Source: Lytechinus pictus (taxonomy: Eukaryota). Taken from it: DNA of 64,000 bases. Of this stretch, positions 63,450 through 64,000 are shown piece by piece. The notes under the pieces are model-generated. The model ran no database searches. It worked only from the letters and a program-made list of their open reading frames with translations, and was not told the DNA's origin. Location of the stretch: assembly GCF_037042905.1 (NCBI RefSeq), contig NC_087246.1, positions 26,660,001-26,724,000 of the forward strand, given 5' to 3'. How positions within the stretch are numbered: the stretch's first letter is position 1; each line of letters begins with the position of its first letter. The translations under genes and the position numbers were made by a program.

Positions 63450-63489
63450 TCTTTCTTGGTAGTAGGGTGGCTCTTAAAAGAGCCTTTGG
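63450..63489 (-). promoter_or_regulatory. Replication-dependent histone-type 3'-end processing signal (SLBP stem-loop plus U7-binding downstream element)
   Basis: Minus strand reads CCAAA-GGCTCT-TTTA-AGAGCC-ACCC-TACTAC-CAAGAAAGA: a 6-bp stem with 4-nt loop, consensus flanks, and the sea-urchin HDE after a 6-nt spacer. Confidence 0.88.
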
Positions 63490-63834
63490 ATTGATTGCTG
63501 GTAAATCTCTATAGATTGATTGCCACGCACCCATCTTCTAGCGTGAGGTATATGGTTTTTGCAACGGTTGGCTGGGTTGGAGCTTCAGCAGGCATTGGGG
63601 TGGGTCCTTCAAGAAATTCGCAGCCTCTTCCACCTCAGTAGGTTCTGAACCCATGGCTACATTTCTATTTCATAATCCTTTCCCGGGTAGTGCAGATGGA
63701 AAACATTGACAATATTGACACCAGCCATCTTGGTATAGCGATGGCAGCAAAATTCCCCCACCTCTTGTTGAACGATTTCCATTTTATAATCCTTTCCGGG
63801 TTGTGCAGAGGGAAAACATCGACAATATTGACAC

Positions 63835-64000
63835 CACCACGTCGTCATCGGGTTGAGAAGACCCTGGTTGCGTTAGCATCACCACGTCGTCATCGGGTTG
63901 AGAAGACCCTGGTTGCGTTAGCATCACCACGTCGTCATCGGGTTGAGAAGACCCTGGTTGCGTTAGCATCACCACGTCGTCATCGGGTTGAGAAGGCTCT
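63835..64000. repeat. 45-bp perfect tandem repeat (at least 3.6 copies, may continue beyond the window)
   Basis: Unit CACCACGTCGTCATCGGGTTGAGAAGACCCTGGTTGCGTTAGCAT; the open minus-strand frame gives (VMLTQPGSSQPDDDV)n. Confidence 0.95.

Noticed and set aside
63490-64000. A histone gene upstream of the stem-loop
   Set aside because: No frame resembles a core or linker histone C-terminus, so only the 3' signal is reported.

Overview
AT-rich, intron-containing animal genomic DNA, most likely an echinoderm (sea urchin). This is inferred from a histone-type CAAGAAAGA downstream element, a Deu-domain SINE and the MITE landscape. Four spliced host genes could be reconstructed by hand: the 3' part of an ML/NPC2-like lipid-binding protein (+, 4368-6818); TRIQK (-, 14148-14766) head-to-head with ACSF3 (+, 18376-22351, 612 aa); and an omega-class glutathione transferase (-, 29074-43503, 241 aa). 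The last GSTO intron carries an intact 5.8-kb L1/Tx1 retrotransposon with a 16-bp TSD. The rest is rich in MITEs (Kolobok-, hAT-, Harbinger-, Tc1/pogo-like), a decayed L2/CR1-group LINE, an LTR/gag remnant and a 1-kb foldback element with a 9-bp TSD. The last 5 kb is the most unusual part. It holds a decayed RAG1-like transposase (-, about 59262-62880) split by tandem repeats and two younger insertions. Next to it, a non-histone reading frame ends 24 nt before a canonical replication-dependent histone 3'-processing cassette (stem-loop plus CAAGAAAGA), downstream of a 45-bp tandem array that could encode SIM-like/SQ-TQ repeats. All homology calls were made by eye without database searches.
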